NCBI GenBank assembly: GCA_964499705.1
Contig: CAZCME010000011.1
Location: 62,001-126,000 of the forward strand
Source: an uncultured bacterium
Lineage (GTDB): Bacteria; UBA8481
DNA length: 64,000 nt
Reading direction: 5' to 3'
Both the position numbers and the translations under genes were made by a program. The notes below the pieces were generated by a model. The model worked only from the letters and a program-made list of their open reading frames with translations. It ran no database searches and had not been told where the DNA came from. Below are positions 1-13,315 of the stretch, in pieces (position 1 is the stretch's first letter; each line of letters begins with the position of its first letter).

Positions 1-1311
1 CAGGGAGCGGATGGAGAGATCGTTCTCCGGAGCCAGGACTTCCGCGTCGAAGAGATCGCGGAAATCCTGCAGCGCCGTCACCATGGCCGCCGACGCGGCT
101 TTTTCTCCCCAGTCTTCCTCCTCCAGGATGAACAGCATTTCCGTGCCGCATTCATTCGTCACCTGAAGATCGATGCGTTCGCCCGTGAAGAGAATCTCGG
201 CGGGCTGGAATCCGTCGGGCTTCGCCAGCACCGCGTTGCGCCGATTCTCGCTCCCTTCGATCCATTCGATCCGGCCGTAACCTTTGACCTGCGGCGAACG
301 GATTCGAAACCGGTCGCGCGACAAGGCGACGGATATCTCCCTCGTCTCCCCGGCGGGAATCCGAGCCTGGCAGACGATGTGCCGCGTGTTCGCGGGCCCT
401 CCGATGCAGTACACCGCATCGAGCGTTTTCCGCATGATCGGGTGGATCGTGAACCGCACCTCCACGGCCTGGTCGAAATCGAGATCGAACTTCATGCCGC
501 ATGCGTCGCAGGATCCCTCATTCCGGAGATCGCGGAGCGTGGCCACCTCTCCCTTGGCGCCGCGGCAATGCGGGCAGATCGGAACCCATTTCATGTCGAG
601 TATCCCGACCTGGGTCGCCGCGAGAAATGTCCGCAGCACGTCCATCCGGTTCTCGCCCCATTGGTCCGCAAGAGCGAACGGCCGCATGCGGATCAGGTCG
701 TCATCCTGCGCCTCCCGGCAATACTCCAGGAATTTTCCGAGAATCCTCTTCTTCAATTCATGATCGATCCGGACGGCGGCCGCGAGAATCGCGTCCTCGT
801 TCAGATGACTCTTCAGAACGGTCCCCTGGAACGGCTTGCGAACTTTCCCCTTGAGATAATCCTCGATCTGCCGAACACCCCGCGTGAAATCCGACAGCAC
901 CTTGCGGCCCATGAGGTTCGCGACGACGACACCCATCCCGCCCCGGGGAACGAATCTCCCTTCGATATGCACCCTGGTGCGACCGGCGACCGCGCCTGCC
1001 GCGTCGAGTCTTTCGAGAGCGAAGATCCCGGTCATCTTCGCCAGCGGTCCGCCGACATACTCCCGCTCGACGGAAAATCCTTCATGGCGAACCCATTCGA
1101 AGGGATTTTCGCGCCAGGCGAGAGGGACCGGCCCCATCCGCGCGGATGCCATGCGCGCCGTCGTTCCGTCGGGAAGCGGCACATTTCGATATGTGACGGC
1201 GGGAAGGCCGATCGACCGGTTCATCCGGTCGGTATCGGAGACGTACTCCCAGATCTCCTCGGGAGGAAAATCCACGATGACATCCGTGGCGAAGATGATC
1301 GGATCGGCCAT
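1..1311 (-). CDS. DUF5939-type adenylate/guanylate cyclase-associated protein (partial; C-terminus runs off the window)
   Basis: Own translation of minus frame from ATG at 1311 (not in ORF track): MADPIIFATDVIVDFPPEEIWEYVSDTDRMNRSIGLP...RMRPFALADQWG...LDMKWVPICPHCRG...CDACG...YCIGGPANTRH...AAMVTALQDFRDLFDAEVL, open to position 1; the cyclase domain normally follows this point. Confidence 0.75.
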   Translation of the reverse strand, partial: MADPIIFATDVIVDFPPEEIWEYVSDTDRMNRSIGLPAVTYRNVPLPDGTTARMASARMGPVPLAWRENPFEWVRHEGFSVEREYVGGPLAKMTGIFALERLDAAGAVAGRTRVHIEGRFVPRGGMGVVVANLMGRKVLSDFTRGVRQIEDYLKGKVRKPFQGTVLKSHLNEDAILAAAVRIDHELKKRILGKFLEYCREAQDDDLIRMRPFALADQWGENRMDVLRTFLAATQVGILDMKWVPICPHCRGAKGEVATLRDLRNEGSCDACGMKFDLDFDQAVEVRFTIHPIMRKTLDAVYCIGGPANTRHIVCQARIPAGETREISVALSRDRFRIRSPQVKGYGRIEWIEGSENRRNAVLAKPDGFQPAEILFTGERIDLQVTNECGTEMLFILEEEDWGEKAASAAMVTALQDFRDLFDAEVLAPENDLSIRSL

Positions 1312-1352
1312 GAAAAAACGTTACTAGCCCGGGACGGCCGTGACAAGGACAG

Positions 1353-2030
1353 CTATGCCGGTCCCGCGCCTTCCCGCCCGACCGGTTCCAGCAACCTGTC
1401 CAGCAGTTCCGCCAGCATGCCCGCGTCGGGCAGCGCGCGCCCCGCCCGATCGCGAACCGTCGTTCCCGGAACCAAATCCATGGCCGCCTTCAACGACGGG
1501 AGGTTCATCGTGCCGGACGTGCGCAACACAGGTTCGAGAACCTCGCATCCGAAATAGACACCCTCCCCGTCCGCGGCGAATCCATAGGCACGGCAGACCA
1601 GCGGCCGCGATTCATAGATGGAGCATCGGCCGTTTTCGAGAAGCGGACAGGGTCCCATGAGATTGACCGGTTCAACGTCCTGTGGTTTCGCATCCAGCCG
1701 GCCCACGGCGGCATGCACCGCCCCGATGAGATCCGTCGCGACTTCCGCGGGTTCACCCGTGCTGATCCTCGCCGACAACGCAGCGATGCGTTGGCGAATC
1801 CTGTCCCGCAGTCCCGGGTCCAGCGCCGCCACTCCCCGAGCCGCCTCCCTGGCTTCGATGGCCGTGACCGGAAGAGCGGCCGATCGTTCGCAGCACTTCG
1901 AGCACGGATTCGGACAGCGAAACTCCGCCGGCCACGAAGCGCGGTCCCGCGTTTCCGCTTCCGTCCAGGCGTCATACACGACCGAAAGTTTCGCCAGGGA
2001 TTCATCGTCCTTGGTATCAGCAAGTTTCAC
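1353..2030 (-). CDS. YkgJ/UPF0153 family Cys-cluster (Fe-S) protein
   Basis: CPNPCSKCC and CPLLENGRCSIYESRPLVCRAYG motifs; GTG start at 2030 preferred because the upstream in-frame extension is heptamer repeats. Confidence 0.8.
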   Translation of the reverse strand: MKLADTKDDESLAKLSVVYDAWTEAETRDRASWPAEFRCPNPCSKCCERSAALPVTAIEAREAARGVAALDPGLRDRIRQRIAALSARISTGEPAEVATDLIGAVHAAVGRLDAKPQDVEPVNLMGPCPLLENGRCSIYESRPLVCRAYGFAADGEGVYFGCEVLEPVLRTSGTMNLPSLKAAMDLVPGTTVRDRAGRALPDAGMLAELLDRLLEPVGREGAGPA

Positions 2031-2041
2031 ATCCCGATCAT

Positions 2042-2076
2042 AAATCGAAAATCTTAAATCCAATATCTGAAATCCC
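2042..2076. repeat. five degenerate heptamer tandem repeats
   Basis: aaatcga aaatctt aaatcca atatctg aaatccc. Confidence 0.65.
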
Positions 2077-2121
2077 AACTCCTTCATTGACGCCGCCTCA
2101 TGCCCGGGCTTTAATCCATCC

Positions 2122-3594
2122 ATGGGTTCGCGCGTCTCCGAATCATCCTATCTCACGAAGAAAAGCTGCCCTGTCTGCAAGGTTTCCTTCGAAAGCGAAA
2201 AGCTCCTCGCCAAGAAAATCAGCCCGAAATCCTGGGATGCTTCCCTCCGGAACGTCTATGCCACGGCTCCTCCCGTGGAGCCGCTCCTGTATGTCCTCGT
2301 CACCTGCCCCCAATGTCTCTTCACCGCGTCCGAAGGAGATTTCGACGATCCGAAAATATCGGCCAACGCCGGCCTTTCGCAGGTGACCGCCGAGAGCAGG
2401 AAGGTTCTCGACAGCCTCGGGATCAAGCTTGCCGACATGAAAGGCCTCAAGGATTTCCGTATCGGCCTCGCGCAGTATTACCTGGCGGAACTCTGGTATG
2501 ACGCGCGCAGGAACCTTCCGATCCGCCTTTTCCGGCTCGGCCTGACTCTCTACCGCCGCGCCTGGCTCTTGGAACCGGCCCTTGCGGCCGGGATCATCAC
2601 CCTGGATCATTGCCGTCACGACAGGAAATACTGCCTGCATACGGCGGAAAATTACCTGGAGCAGTCCTATCTCTCCGAACGTCTTCCCGACAATCTCTTC
2701 TGCGGCCCCGATTACGGCGTCAACTTCGGCCAGGCCGCTCTGCCGTACATCGTGGCCTGGATCAACTACACCATGGCGGTCAACGACGCGGAATACTCCG
2801 GCGCGGAACGGATCGTGCACCACAAGAAATCCGCCAAGTTTCTCGGGCTCGTCCTCTCGGCGCTTTCCCGGGGAGGCGCACAGGAGCTGAGAAACAAGGC
2901 GTCCGATCTGAAGGACATGCTGAAGGCTGCCGAAAAGTCGATCCCATCGAGCGAGCCGGAACCGCGCGCTCCGGTGGCGGGAACTCCGGCGCCCCCCGTG
3001 GCCTCGACTGCCCACGTCGCGAAGAAGCTCGAATCGTTTCCCGCCGAAACCTTCACACCGGAGACGGAAGTCGTGGAGTGGGAACTCCAGTTCGACGCGC
3101 TGATGGACAAGTACGGCGAAGTGTACGAACAGGGCGCCGCGATCATCACGGAAGGCGAGGAATCCAGCGATCTCTTTCTCATCATCGAGGGCAAGGTTCA
3201 CGTCGTGAAAACGTATTTCAAGCTGGCGGAAAGTTCCTCGAAACTCATTGCCGTGCTCGCGCGGGGAGCCTTCTTCGGAGAAATGTCGCTCCTGGATTCC
3301 TCGCCGCGTTCCGCGACGGTCGTCGCCGTCGAACCCACCAGCGTCATCCGGATCAATCATTTCAACCTCCAGGCGATCATCCAGACCTATCCCGACATCG
3401 CCATCCGTATCATGACCATCCTGGCCAAGCGTCTCCGGAACTACGATTCCTTCGTGCAGTATCAACTGATCCCGCTTCTCCGCGACGTTCAGAACGAAAC
3501 GGCCGAACCGAGCCGGCAGATCGACATCCGGAAGAATCTCCGCGTGGAACTGGAAGGGCTTCTGCAGGAAGTGCGCGACAAAGCATATAGTTGA
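2122..3594 (+). CDS. DUF2225-like N-terminal domain fused to a cyclic nucleotide-binding domain
   Basis: CPVC...PLLYVLVTCPQCLFTA...RRAWL; C-terminal IITEGE...LFLIIEGKV...FFGEMSLLDSSPRSATVVA. Confidence 0.75.
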   Translation: MGSRVSESSYLTKKSCPVCKVSFESEKLLAKKISPKSWDASLRNVYATAPPVEPLLYVLVTCPQCLFTASEGDFDDPKISANAGLSQVTAESRKVLDSLGIKLADMKGLKDFRIGLAQYYLAELWYDARRNLPIRLFRLGLTLYRRAWLLEPALAAGIITLDHCRHDRKYCLHTAENYLEQSYLSERLPDNLFCGPDYGVNFGQAALPYIVAWINYTMAVNDAEYSGAERIVHHKKSAKFLGLVLSALSRGGAQELRNKASDLKDMLKAAEKSIPSSEPEPRAPVAGTPAPPVASTAHVAKKLESFPAETFTPETEVVEWELQFDALMDKYGEVYEQGAAIITEGEESSDLFLIIEGKVHVVKTYFKLAESSSKLIAVLARGAFFGEMSLLDSSPRSATVVAVEPTSVIRINHFNLQAIIQTYPDIAIRIMTILAKRLRNYDSFVQYQLIPLLRDVQNETAEPSRQIDIRKNLRVELEGLLQEVRDKAYS

Positions 3595-4634
3595 GCTCCG
3601 TCATGGCATCCTTCAACGCGGCTGAATTTCGCCGCCGGCTCTTTCCTTGGTTCGCCGCCAACCGGCGCGAGCTCCCGTGGAGAAGAAACCGGACTCCTTA
3701 CTCCGTCTGGATCTCGGAGATCATGCTCCAGCAGACGGTCGTTGCGACGGTCATTCCCTATTTCACGAGGTGGATGAGATCGTGGCCGGATGTGCACGCA
3801 CTCGCCGCGGCCTCCGAGCGCGAAATACTCCGCGCCTGGGAAGGGCTGGGCTATTACTCCCGCGCCCGGAATCTCCTGAAGGCCGCCAGGAAAATCTCCG
3901 GTTCGGGCGGGAAGATTCCCGGCACATATGAGGAGCTCGTGGAGCTGCCGGGCATCGGCGATTACACGGCGAGCGCGATTCTCTCGTTGGCATACGGTAA
4001 ACCGTACCCCGTCCTCGACGCCAACGTGCGACGCGTGGTCCAGAGAATTCTCCTTCTGCCCGAATGGAATCGAACGGGCGAAGTTGAGGCCCGGTCGCTG
4101 CTCGCGAAAGTCATTCCGGCGGCGAGGCCCGGTCGATTCAACGAGGCGATGATGGAGCTGGGCGCTCTCGTCTGCGTCCCGAAAAATCCCCGCTGCGATG
4201 TCTGCCCCGTCGTCCGTTCATGCCTTGCGCGCGCGAAGAACAGGCAGGACGCGATTCCCGCCCGCAGAAAAAAGTCCGTGACCGAACTAAGCTCCGATGT
4301 CTGGCTCACCATGCATCACCGTCACATCCTCGTGCGACGGCGAACGCGGGAAGAAATAGGATCCGGACTCTGGGGATTTCCCGAAGGAGCCTCCCCCGAT
4401 GCGCGGGGTGACGATTCCGGAACCGCCGTCTCTCTTCCGTCCGTCACGCACACATTCACGAGGTACCGTCGAAGGCTTCACCCGCGATTCTTCCTCGCCT
4501 CCGCGCGTTTTCAGCCTCCGGACGGCTGCCGCTGGATTCCGCTCGCGCAGCTTGAACAGCTGCCGTTCCCGTCCGCCTACCGCAGAATCCTGCTTGCGCT
4601 CCACGCTCATCTTGATAACCTGAATCACGGATGA
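3591..4634 (+). CDS. mutY: A/G-specific adenine glycosylase
   Basis: WISEIMLQQT, WEGLGYYSRARNL, LPGIGDYTA, LDANVRRV, C-x6-C-x2-C-x5-C cluster, HTFT. Confidence 0.95.
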   Translation: MSSVMASFNAAEFRRRLFPWFAANRRELPWRRNRTPYSVWISEIMLQQTVVATVIPYFTRWMRSWPDVHALAAASEREILRAWEGLGYYSRARNLLKAARKISGSGGKIPGTYEELVELPGIGDYTASAILSLAYGKPYPVLDANVRRVVQRILLLPEWNRTGEVEARSLLAKVIPAARPGRFNEAMMELGALVCVPKNPRCDVCPVVRSCLARAKNRQDAIPARRKKSVTELSSDVWLTMHHRHILVRRRTREEIGSGLWGFPEGASPDARGDDSGTAVSLPSVTHTFTRYRRRLHPRFFLASARFQPPDGCRWIPLAQLEQLPFPSAYRRILLALHAHLDNLNHG

Positions 4635-5116
4635 AAGCTCTCATCGAGATTCTCAAGGCGACCGAACTCTTCGCGGGGCTGTCGGAGGAGGAAATCACGT
4701 CTCTCGCCGCGATCAGCCGCCAGGCTCAATATCCTTCCGGACAGATCATCTTCGAGGAAGGCGGCGTCGGCGACGATCTCTTCATCCTTCCCGAAGGCCG
4801 CGTCTCCATCGAGATCAAGATCGTCCAGGATACGGTCACGGAGCAGATCTACCAGGCGCGCGACAATGAAGTCTTCGGCGAACTGGCGCTTATAGACGGC
4901 CATCGGCGCAGCGCGAGGACGCGCGCGATGGAGGATCTGAACGTCGTGGCGATGGGCAGCCAGGAACTCCGCAAGCTGATGGACGCCAACCATCACATGG
5001 GATACGTCATCATGGGAAATCTCGCCCGCATCGTCTCCCGCAAGCTCCGCGATACGAATCTCTCGCTCCGGAATGTCCTCATGCAGCAGAAATATATCTT
5101 CGGAGACCTTCGGTAA
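4631..5116 (+). CDS. stand-alone cyclic nucleotide-binding domain protein
   Basis: LFAGLSEEE...IFEEG...VFGELALIDGHRRSA. Confidence 0.85.
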   Translation: MKALIEILKATELFAGLSEEEITSLAAISRQAQYPSGQIIFEEGGVGDDLFILPEGRVSIEIKIVQDTVTEQIYQARDNEVFGELALIDGHRRSARTRAMEDLNVVAMGSQELRKLMDANHHMGYVIMGNLARIVSRKLRDTNLSLRNVLMQQKYIFGDLR

Positions 5117-5124
5117 AAAATCCG

Positions 5125-5802
5125 CTACTTCTTCTCGTCGAACGCAAACCTGTATAAGGCTCCGGCGAAGGCTCCGCCGATGAGCGGACCCGCCCAGTAG
5201 ATCGCCGACTGCGACAATCCTCCGCCCATCAGCGCGGGACCGAGATGGCGTGCCGGATTCATGGCCGCGCCCGTGAAGGGCCCTCCGATCAGAATATCCA
5301 GAGCGACCGTCAGGCCGATGAAGAGCCCGCCGACCTTGGGAGCCCTGGCATCGACGGCCGTTCCGATGACCACGGTGATCAGGAAGAACGTCAGGATCGC
5401 TTCGAGGAGAATTCCCGCGGGAATGGATATGCCTTCTCCCAGGCCGGGAGTCCCCATGTTGATCTGCAGCAGAACTTCGGAGGGAAGGATCATCTTGATC
5501 GTGGCGGCGGCGACGATGGCTCCGAGACACTGCGCGATGACGCACCCGGCCGCGGCCTTCGGATTCAGTTTTCCGCCCACGAGGAGCCCCAGCGACACGG
5601 CGGGATTGAACTGGCCTCCGCTGATGGCGCCGAGCGCGCTGATCATGACGGACAGGGTCAGGCCATGAGCGAGGGCGATCCCCACAAGATTCGGCGATCC
5701 TGCTCCCTGTCGAACGACCCAATCCGCCGCGATCGCTCCCACGCCGACAAATATGAGCGCGAACGTCCCGATAAACTCCGCCAACATGACCTGCAGTTTC
5801 AC
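5125..5802 (-). CDS. MIP family aquaporin
   Basis: AEFIGT, two NPA motifs (GGQFNPAV, AMNPAR), YWAGPLIG. Confidence 0.95.
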   Translation of the reverse strand: MKLQVMLAEFIGTFALIFVGVGAIAADWVVRQGAGSPNLVGIALAHGLTLSVMISALGAISGGQFNPAVSLGLLVGGKLNPKAAAGCVIAQCLGAIVAAATIKMILPSEVLLQINMGTPGLGEGISIPAGILLEAILTFFLITVVIGTAVDARAPKVGGLFIGLTVALDILIGGPFTGAAMNPARHLGPALMGGGLSQSAIYWAGPLIGGAFAGALYRFAFDEKK

Positions 5803-5859
5803 GCAAACGCCTCCTGTGCGGCCCCTACTCTACAATAACTTTCGATACTTCATCCTTCT

Positions 5860-5894
5860 TTTTGCCTTTTGACTTTTTCCTTTTGACTTTTGCC
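5860..5894. repeat. five heptamer tandem repeats
   Basis: ttttgcc ttttgac tttttcc ttttgac ttttgcc. Confidence 0.7.
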
Positions 5895-5908
5895 TTCATA
5901 ATGCCTCC

Positions 5909-6940
5909 ATGTCCACCGATCGGCTCCTCTTTCCGATATATCTCCTCATCCTCACCTTCATCGGAGGAACGCTCGGTTACTTCGCGCTTGGTTTCTACGG
6001 AGCGTCGACGGGTGTCATACCGCAGCCCTGGGAGCTGATGAACTGCGCCTTCATGACCGCGATCTCGTTGACGACCGTCGGTTACGGAGATTATCTCGGG
6101 CTCGACCATTACCCGCTGGCGATGGTCTACACCATGCTGCTGCTTTTTGTCGGCATGGGAATCGTTCTGTACGGCGTCTCCGAGGCGACATCTTTTCTCG
6201 TCGAGGGACATCTTGGTAAGATTGTGGAAAGGAGACGTACCATGAAGGCGATATCCAGCCTCAACAGGCACATCATCGTCTGCGGCGCCGGAGACACGGG
6301 CCAGGGCGCTCTCTCGGAGCTCATGACGATCGAAGAGCCCTTCATCGTCATCGAGAATAACGAGGAGACGTGCCAGAAACTGCTGGAACGGCATCCAAAA
6401 ATGCTTCTTCTGAACGGCGACGCGCTCGACGAGGAGACTCTGAAGAGGGCCGGCATCGAGCGGGCCCGCGCGGTCATCGCCAGCCTCTCCGACGATCGCG
6501 ATACCCTCGTCTGCACGATCACCGTGCGATGTCTCAATCCTTCCGTGCTCATCGTTGCCGGAGCCAAGTCGCTCTCCGTCGGAGCGAAGCTGCGCGCCGC
6601 GGGCGCCAACCAGGTCGTGACCCCGACGCATACCGGAGGACTCCGGCTCGCGTCGGAAGTCATCCGTCCTCATGTCACGACGTTTCTCGATACGATGATC
6701 CGTCATAACGATATCTACCGTTTCGGCGAGGTGGAGCTATCCACGACCACCGCGCTCGTCGGCACCCAGCTCTCGCAGGCCGGGATCCGCGAAAGAACCG
6801 GCCTGAACATCATCGCTGTCCGGGACACTTTGGGCAGCTATCATTATAACGTCGACGTCGAGCGGAATCTGCAGGCGGGAGATGTGCTCATCGCGATCGG
6901 CACGCCGACGATGCTGCAGTCGCTCAAGGAATTATGCTGA
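5909..6940 (+). CDS. two-TM potassium channel with TrkA-N/TrkA-C (RCK) domains
   Basis: selectivity filter TTVGYGD, HIIVCGAGDTG, GDALDEETLKRAGIERA. Confidence 0.92.
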   Translation: MSTDRLLFPIYLLILTFIGGTLGYFALGFYGASTGVIPQPWELMNCAFMTAISLTTVGYGDYLGLDHYPLAMVYTMLLLFVGMGIVLYGVSEATSFLVEGHLGKIVERRRTMKAISSLNRHIIVCGAGDTGQGALSELMTIEEPFIVIENNEETCQKLLERHPKMLLLNGDALDEETLKRAGIERARAVIASLSDDRDTLVCTITVRCLNPSVLIVAGAKSLSVGAKLRAAGANQVVTPTHTGGLRLASEVIRPHVTTFLDTMIRHNDIYRFGEVELSTTTALVGTQLSQAGIRERTGLNIIAVRDTLGSYHYNVDVERNLQAGDVLIAIGTPTMLQSLKELC

Positions 6941-6991
6941 CGATGGGCCGTACTGTTGCAAAGCTCAATTGAGAAGACTCGACAGGGTTAG

Positions 6992-7798
6992 ATGCAACAC
7001 GGCAACGGTGTGACTCTCCTCGATACCCACGTCCATCTCGACCATGTCGACTTCGATCCCGATCGCGCCGATGTTCTGAAGCGATCGCGGGAGTCCGGTG
7101 TCACGGAATGGATCGTGCCGGCAACGACGGTCGGGTCCGCCCGGGCGCTTCTCGCATGCGGCTGGAAAGTCCCGGAGATTCATGTCGCCGCCGGAATTCA
7201 TCCCCACGAGGTTCGGACATCCGAAACGGGGGATCTCGACGACCTCGAAATGTTGTTGTCCTCTTCAAGCGGCATCGTCGCCGTCGGCGAGACCGGCCTC
7301 GACTATCATTACGACGCCGACCTGCGGGAAAAACAGCTTACGTTTCTGGAGCGACACCTGGACCTGGCGGCGCGGTTCCGGCTCCCCGTCATTCTCCATG
7401 CCAGAGACGGATCCGGCGCCAGTGCCTACGCCGACATTCTTGAAAGAATCGAGGCGGGAGGAGCACCATTAAGAGGAGTGCTCCATTCCTTTACGGGAGA
7501 CTACGCGACGGCGAAGCGCGCGATCGACCTGGGATTCCATATCGGGGTCGGAGGGATCATCACGTTCAAGAAGAGCACGGAGCTCCGCGAGACTATCCTC
7601 CGCCTGCCCCTCGACCGGATCATCCTCGAAACCGACGCCCCTTACCTCGCCCCGGTTCCTCATCGCGGCAAACGGAACGAGCCGGCATGGCTGGCGGAGA
7701 CCCATAAGATGCTGGCCGGCGCCTTGCGAAAAGATGCACAAGATATCGGGCTGTTGATAACTGGAACGAGCCGCGCCCTTTTTTCCTTGACCTGTTAG
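6992..7798 (+). CDS. tatD: TatD family hydrolase/DNase
   Basis: DTHVHL, GIHPH, VGETGLDY, LHSF, ETDAPYLAPVPHRGKRNEP. Confidence 0.92.
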   Translation: MQHGNGVTLLDTHVHLDHVDFDPDRADVLKRSRESGVTEWIVPATTVGSARALLACGWKVPEIHVAAGIHPHEVRTSETGDLDDLEMLLSSSSGIVAVGETGLDYHYDADLREKQLTFLERHLDLAARFRLPVILHARDGSGASAYADILERIEAGGAPLRGVLHSFTGDYATAKRAIDLGFHIGVGGIITFKKSTELRETILRLPLDRIILETDAPYLAPVPHRGKRNEPAWLAETHKMLAGALRKDAQDIGLLITGTSRALFSLTC

Positions 7799-7905
7799 CG
7801 CCAAACCGGTACATAGGCTAGACTTTGCCAAGCGATAATAGCAATCTAAACGGTTTGGAAGGTTCGTCGGGAACTTCGACGCGATCTTCAGGGAGGAAGC
7901 AAGCC

Positions 7906-8784
7906 ATGATGAAAGTTTCAGCGCGCCTGAAAAACTACTTCACCTTCGGTTTTCAACTACCTCGTTCCCGTTGGCGTTATAAGTATAACTACAATAATTA
8001 CAATACTGCAGTCATCGCTTTCTTCATTCCCGTTCTCATCGGCCTCGTCCTTTCCGGCTTCAGAAGCACCGGCGATCTCCGCAATGTCACGATCATTGCG
8101 GACGGTCGAGCCATCAATTTTTCTACGACCAAGAACTTCGTCGGCGACGCCTTGACCGCCGCCAACATCGAATACGACAAGGACGACATTGTCATGCCTC
8201 CCGCCATGGCGAGCCTCGTGGACGGCGAAGTGATCACCCTCCGTCGCGTCAAGCGCGAAGTCCTTGAAAAAGAGGTCCTCCTCCCCTACGAAACCAAGAT
8301 TCTCGAAAATAACCGCCTCAGAATAGGGAGCGAAGTCGAGCTCCGCGCCGGCTCCCCCGGCATGCGCATCGACCGGGTCGAGCGCGACCTGATCGACGGC
8401 AACCTGATCGAGGAGAAGGTCGTCGCCAGCGATGTGCTCATGGAGCCGATCAGCCGGAAGATCTACAAGGGAACGAGAACGACCGGGAGCACGATCAAGA
8501 GCCTCACGATGGCGGCCACCGCCTACACAGCAGGAGCCGAATCCTGCTGGCCCTCCGTCGACGGGCTCACCTGTGTCCTCAAGCAAGCCGGTTACGGTGT
8601 CGCCGCCGTCGATCCCCGCGTCATCAATCTCGGCACCCGCCTTTACATCGAAGGCTACGGGTTCGCCGTTGCGTCCGATATCGGCGGAGCCATCAAGGGA
8701 AACCGGATCGACCTCTTCATGTCCAACGTCAAGACCGCCCGGGAGTTCGGCAAGCGCACCGTCAAAGTCCACCTCCTCGACTGA
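7906..8784 (+). CDS. YabE-like DUF348-G5-3D domain cell-wall protein
   Basis: N-terminal TM; ATAYT...AAVDPRVINLGTRLYIEGYGFAVASDIGGAIKGNRIDL (3D domain); start uncertain (7825-7909). Confidence 0.85.
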   Translation: MMKVSARLKNYFTFGFQLPRSRWRYKYNYNNYNTAVIAFFIPVLIGLVLSGFRSTGDLRNVTIIADGRAINFSTTKNFVGDALTAANIEYDKDDIVMPPAMASLVDGEVITLRRVKREVLEKEVLLPYETKILENNRLRIGSEVELRAGSPGMRIDRVERDLIDGNLIEEKVVASDVLMEPISRKIYKGTRTTGSTIKSLTMAATAYTAGAESCWPSVDGLTCVLKQAGYGVAAVDPRVINLGTRLYIEGYGFAVASDIGGAIKGNRIDLFMSNVKTAREFGKRTVKVHLLD

Positions 8785-8796
8785 CCTGATATTCCC

Positions 8797-11992
<3,196 letters not shown>

Positions 11993-11995
11993 TCC

Positions 11996-12373
11996 GTGGT
12001 CGGGCTGCTTCTCGCGGGAACCGGCGGCTTCATCGGATCCGCCGCGCGCCATCTTGTACGCGTCGGCATGCAACGCTTCTACCCCGACGAGCGATTCCCC
12101 TTCGCGACCTTATTCGTGAACATTGCCGGGTGTTTTCTCATCGGCTGGCTGGCAGGGTTCATCGACGTCCGGGGCCGCATGAGCGAAAACACGCGCATCT
12201 TCCTGATGACGGGCATCCTCGGAGGCTTCACGACCTTCTCCGCGTTCGGCTACGACGCATGGGCTCTTTGGCGGGAAGCCGCCTTCGGATCCGCGATCCT
12301 CTATGTCGTCATCACGATCGTGGTGGGACTGGCCGCGGTCCGGGTCGGCATGACCGCGGCAGGCATGCCGTAG
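11996..12373 (+). CDS. crcB: fluoride efflux transporter CrcB/FluC
   Basis: GGFIGSAAR, FPFATLFVNIAGCF, TGILGGFTTFSAF; adjacent to fluoride-sensitive enolase. Confidence 0.93.
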   Translation: MVGLLLAGTGGFIGSAARHLVRVGMQRFYPDERFPFATLFVNIAGCFLIGWLAGFIDVRGRMSENTRIFLMTGILGGFTTFSAFGYDAWALWREAAFGSAILYVVITIVVGLAAVRVGMTAAGMP

Positions 12374-12470
12374 AAATCATTTATCCGGATTTACAGACTG
12401 GACAGAACTCCAGTCGTTTTCACGCCTTGTCTCATCCATGTTTTTATCCTGCCTATCCTGCCCATCCTGT

Positions 12471-12512
12471 AAAAAAAAAGAGCCCGCCGCGGATGACTCC
12501 ACGGCGGGCTTT
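12471..12512. terminator. intrinsic terminator between convergent genes
   Basis: A9-g-agcccgccgcgga-tgac-tccacggcgggct-tt hairpin; A-run gives U-tail on minus strand. Confidence 0.8.
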
Positions 12513-12523
12513 GTATGTCTAAA

Positions 12524-13192
12524 TTACTTGTCGCTGTTTCTCCGGAACGGCGCGGAGAGGAAATCTCCGAGGCCGCGGAAAATTCCGGTCGTCATGTCGA
12601 CGGCGCCCTCGACGGGTCCGACAACCACGGCGGCAACCGGGCCGTTGCGGTTGTACGCATCGGCCATTCCCGTCCAGATCTGGCCGGGGCTGGAGACGAT
12701 CGTTCCGAGTCCCTCGGCCGCCTGGCGACCGCGCTCCACGGACTGCATCGACTCCATCTCACGCCTGTTCCGCGGGAGACGAACGACGAAATCGAGGCGG
12801 CTGACGAGCGTATCCGCCGGAAGCTTGACCTGAACGCCGTTCTTCAGATAGCGATAGTGGTCCACCTTCACGTCGACGGTCTGTCCCTGGGCCTTCATCG
12901 TTTCGTTCTGCAGCAGAGAAGCATTGATCATTCCATTGAAGTCCGTGTAGCCCTTCCAGGAAGCCGTGTTGCCGACGTTCACCCACACCTTGGCGCGGGC
13001 GATCGGGCGATCGAGCATGTCGACGACCTTCACCTGCACCCAGAGCATCTCGTCCGACATCATGCGAAGCGAAGCGTTGTTCGCCACGCGCATCTTCGCC
13101 TCGTCGTCCGCCAGAGCGGGCATCGAGACGCCTGCCGCCATGACGAGTCCCATCGCGGCAATCCCCATATAACGAACTGTTGACTTGTACAT
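12524..13192 (-). CDS. hypothetical secreted protein
   Basis: signal peptide ending PALA; RBS aaggagg; host-like codon use. Confidence 0.7.
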   Translation of the reverse strand: MYKSTVRYMGIAAMGLVMAAGVSMPALADDEAKMRVANNASLRMMSDEMLWVQVKVVDMLDRPIARAKVWVNVGNTASWKGYTDFNGMINASLLQNETMKAQGQTVDVKVDHYRYLKNGVQVKLPADTLVSRLDFVVRLPRNRREMESMQSVERGRQAAEGLGTIVSSPGQIWTGMADAYNRNGPVAAVVVGPVEGAVDMTTGIFRGLGDFLSAPFRRNSDK

Positions 13193-13315
13193 CCAGTACC
13201 TCCTTCAGATTCTTAAAGCGCGTGTACGATAAATCGCCTGCCACCAAAGTCAAGAAGGAAAAGTTGACAGGAAAGTCGGCGGAGGTATACGGTCAGGCGT
13301 CGGGGATCATAAAAA

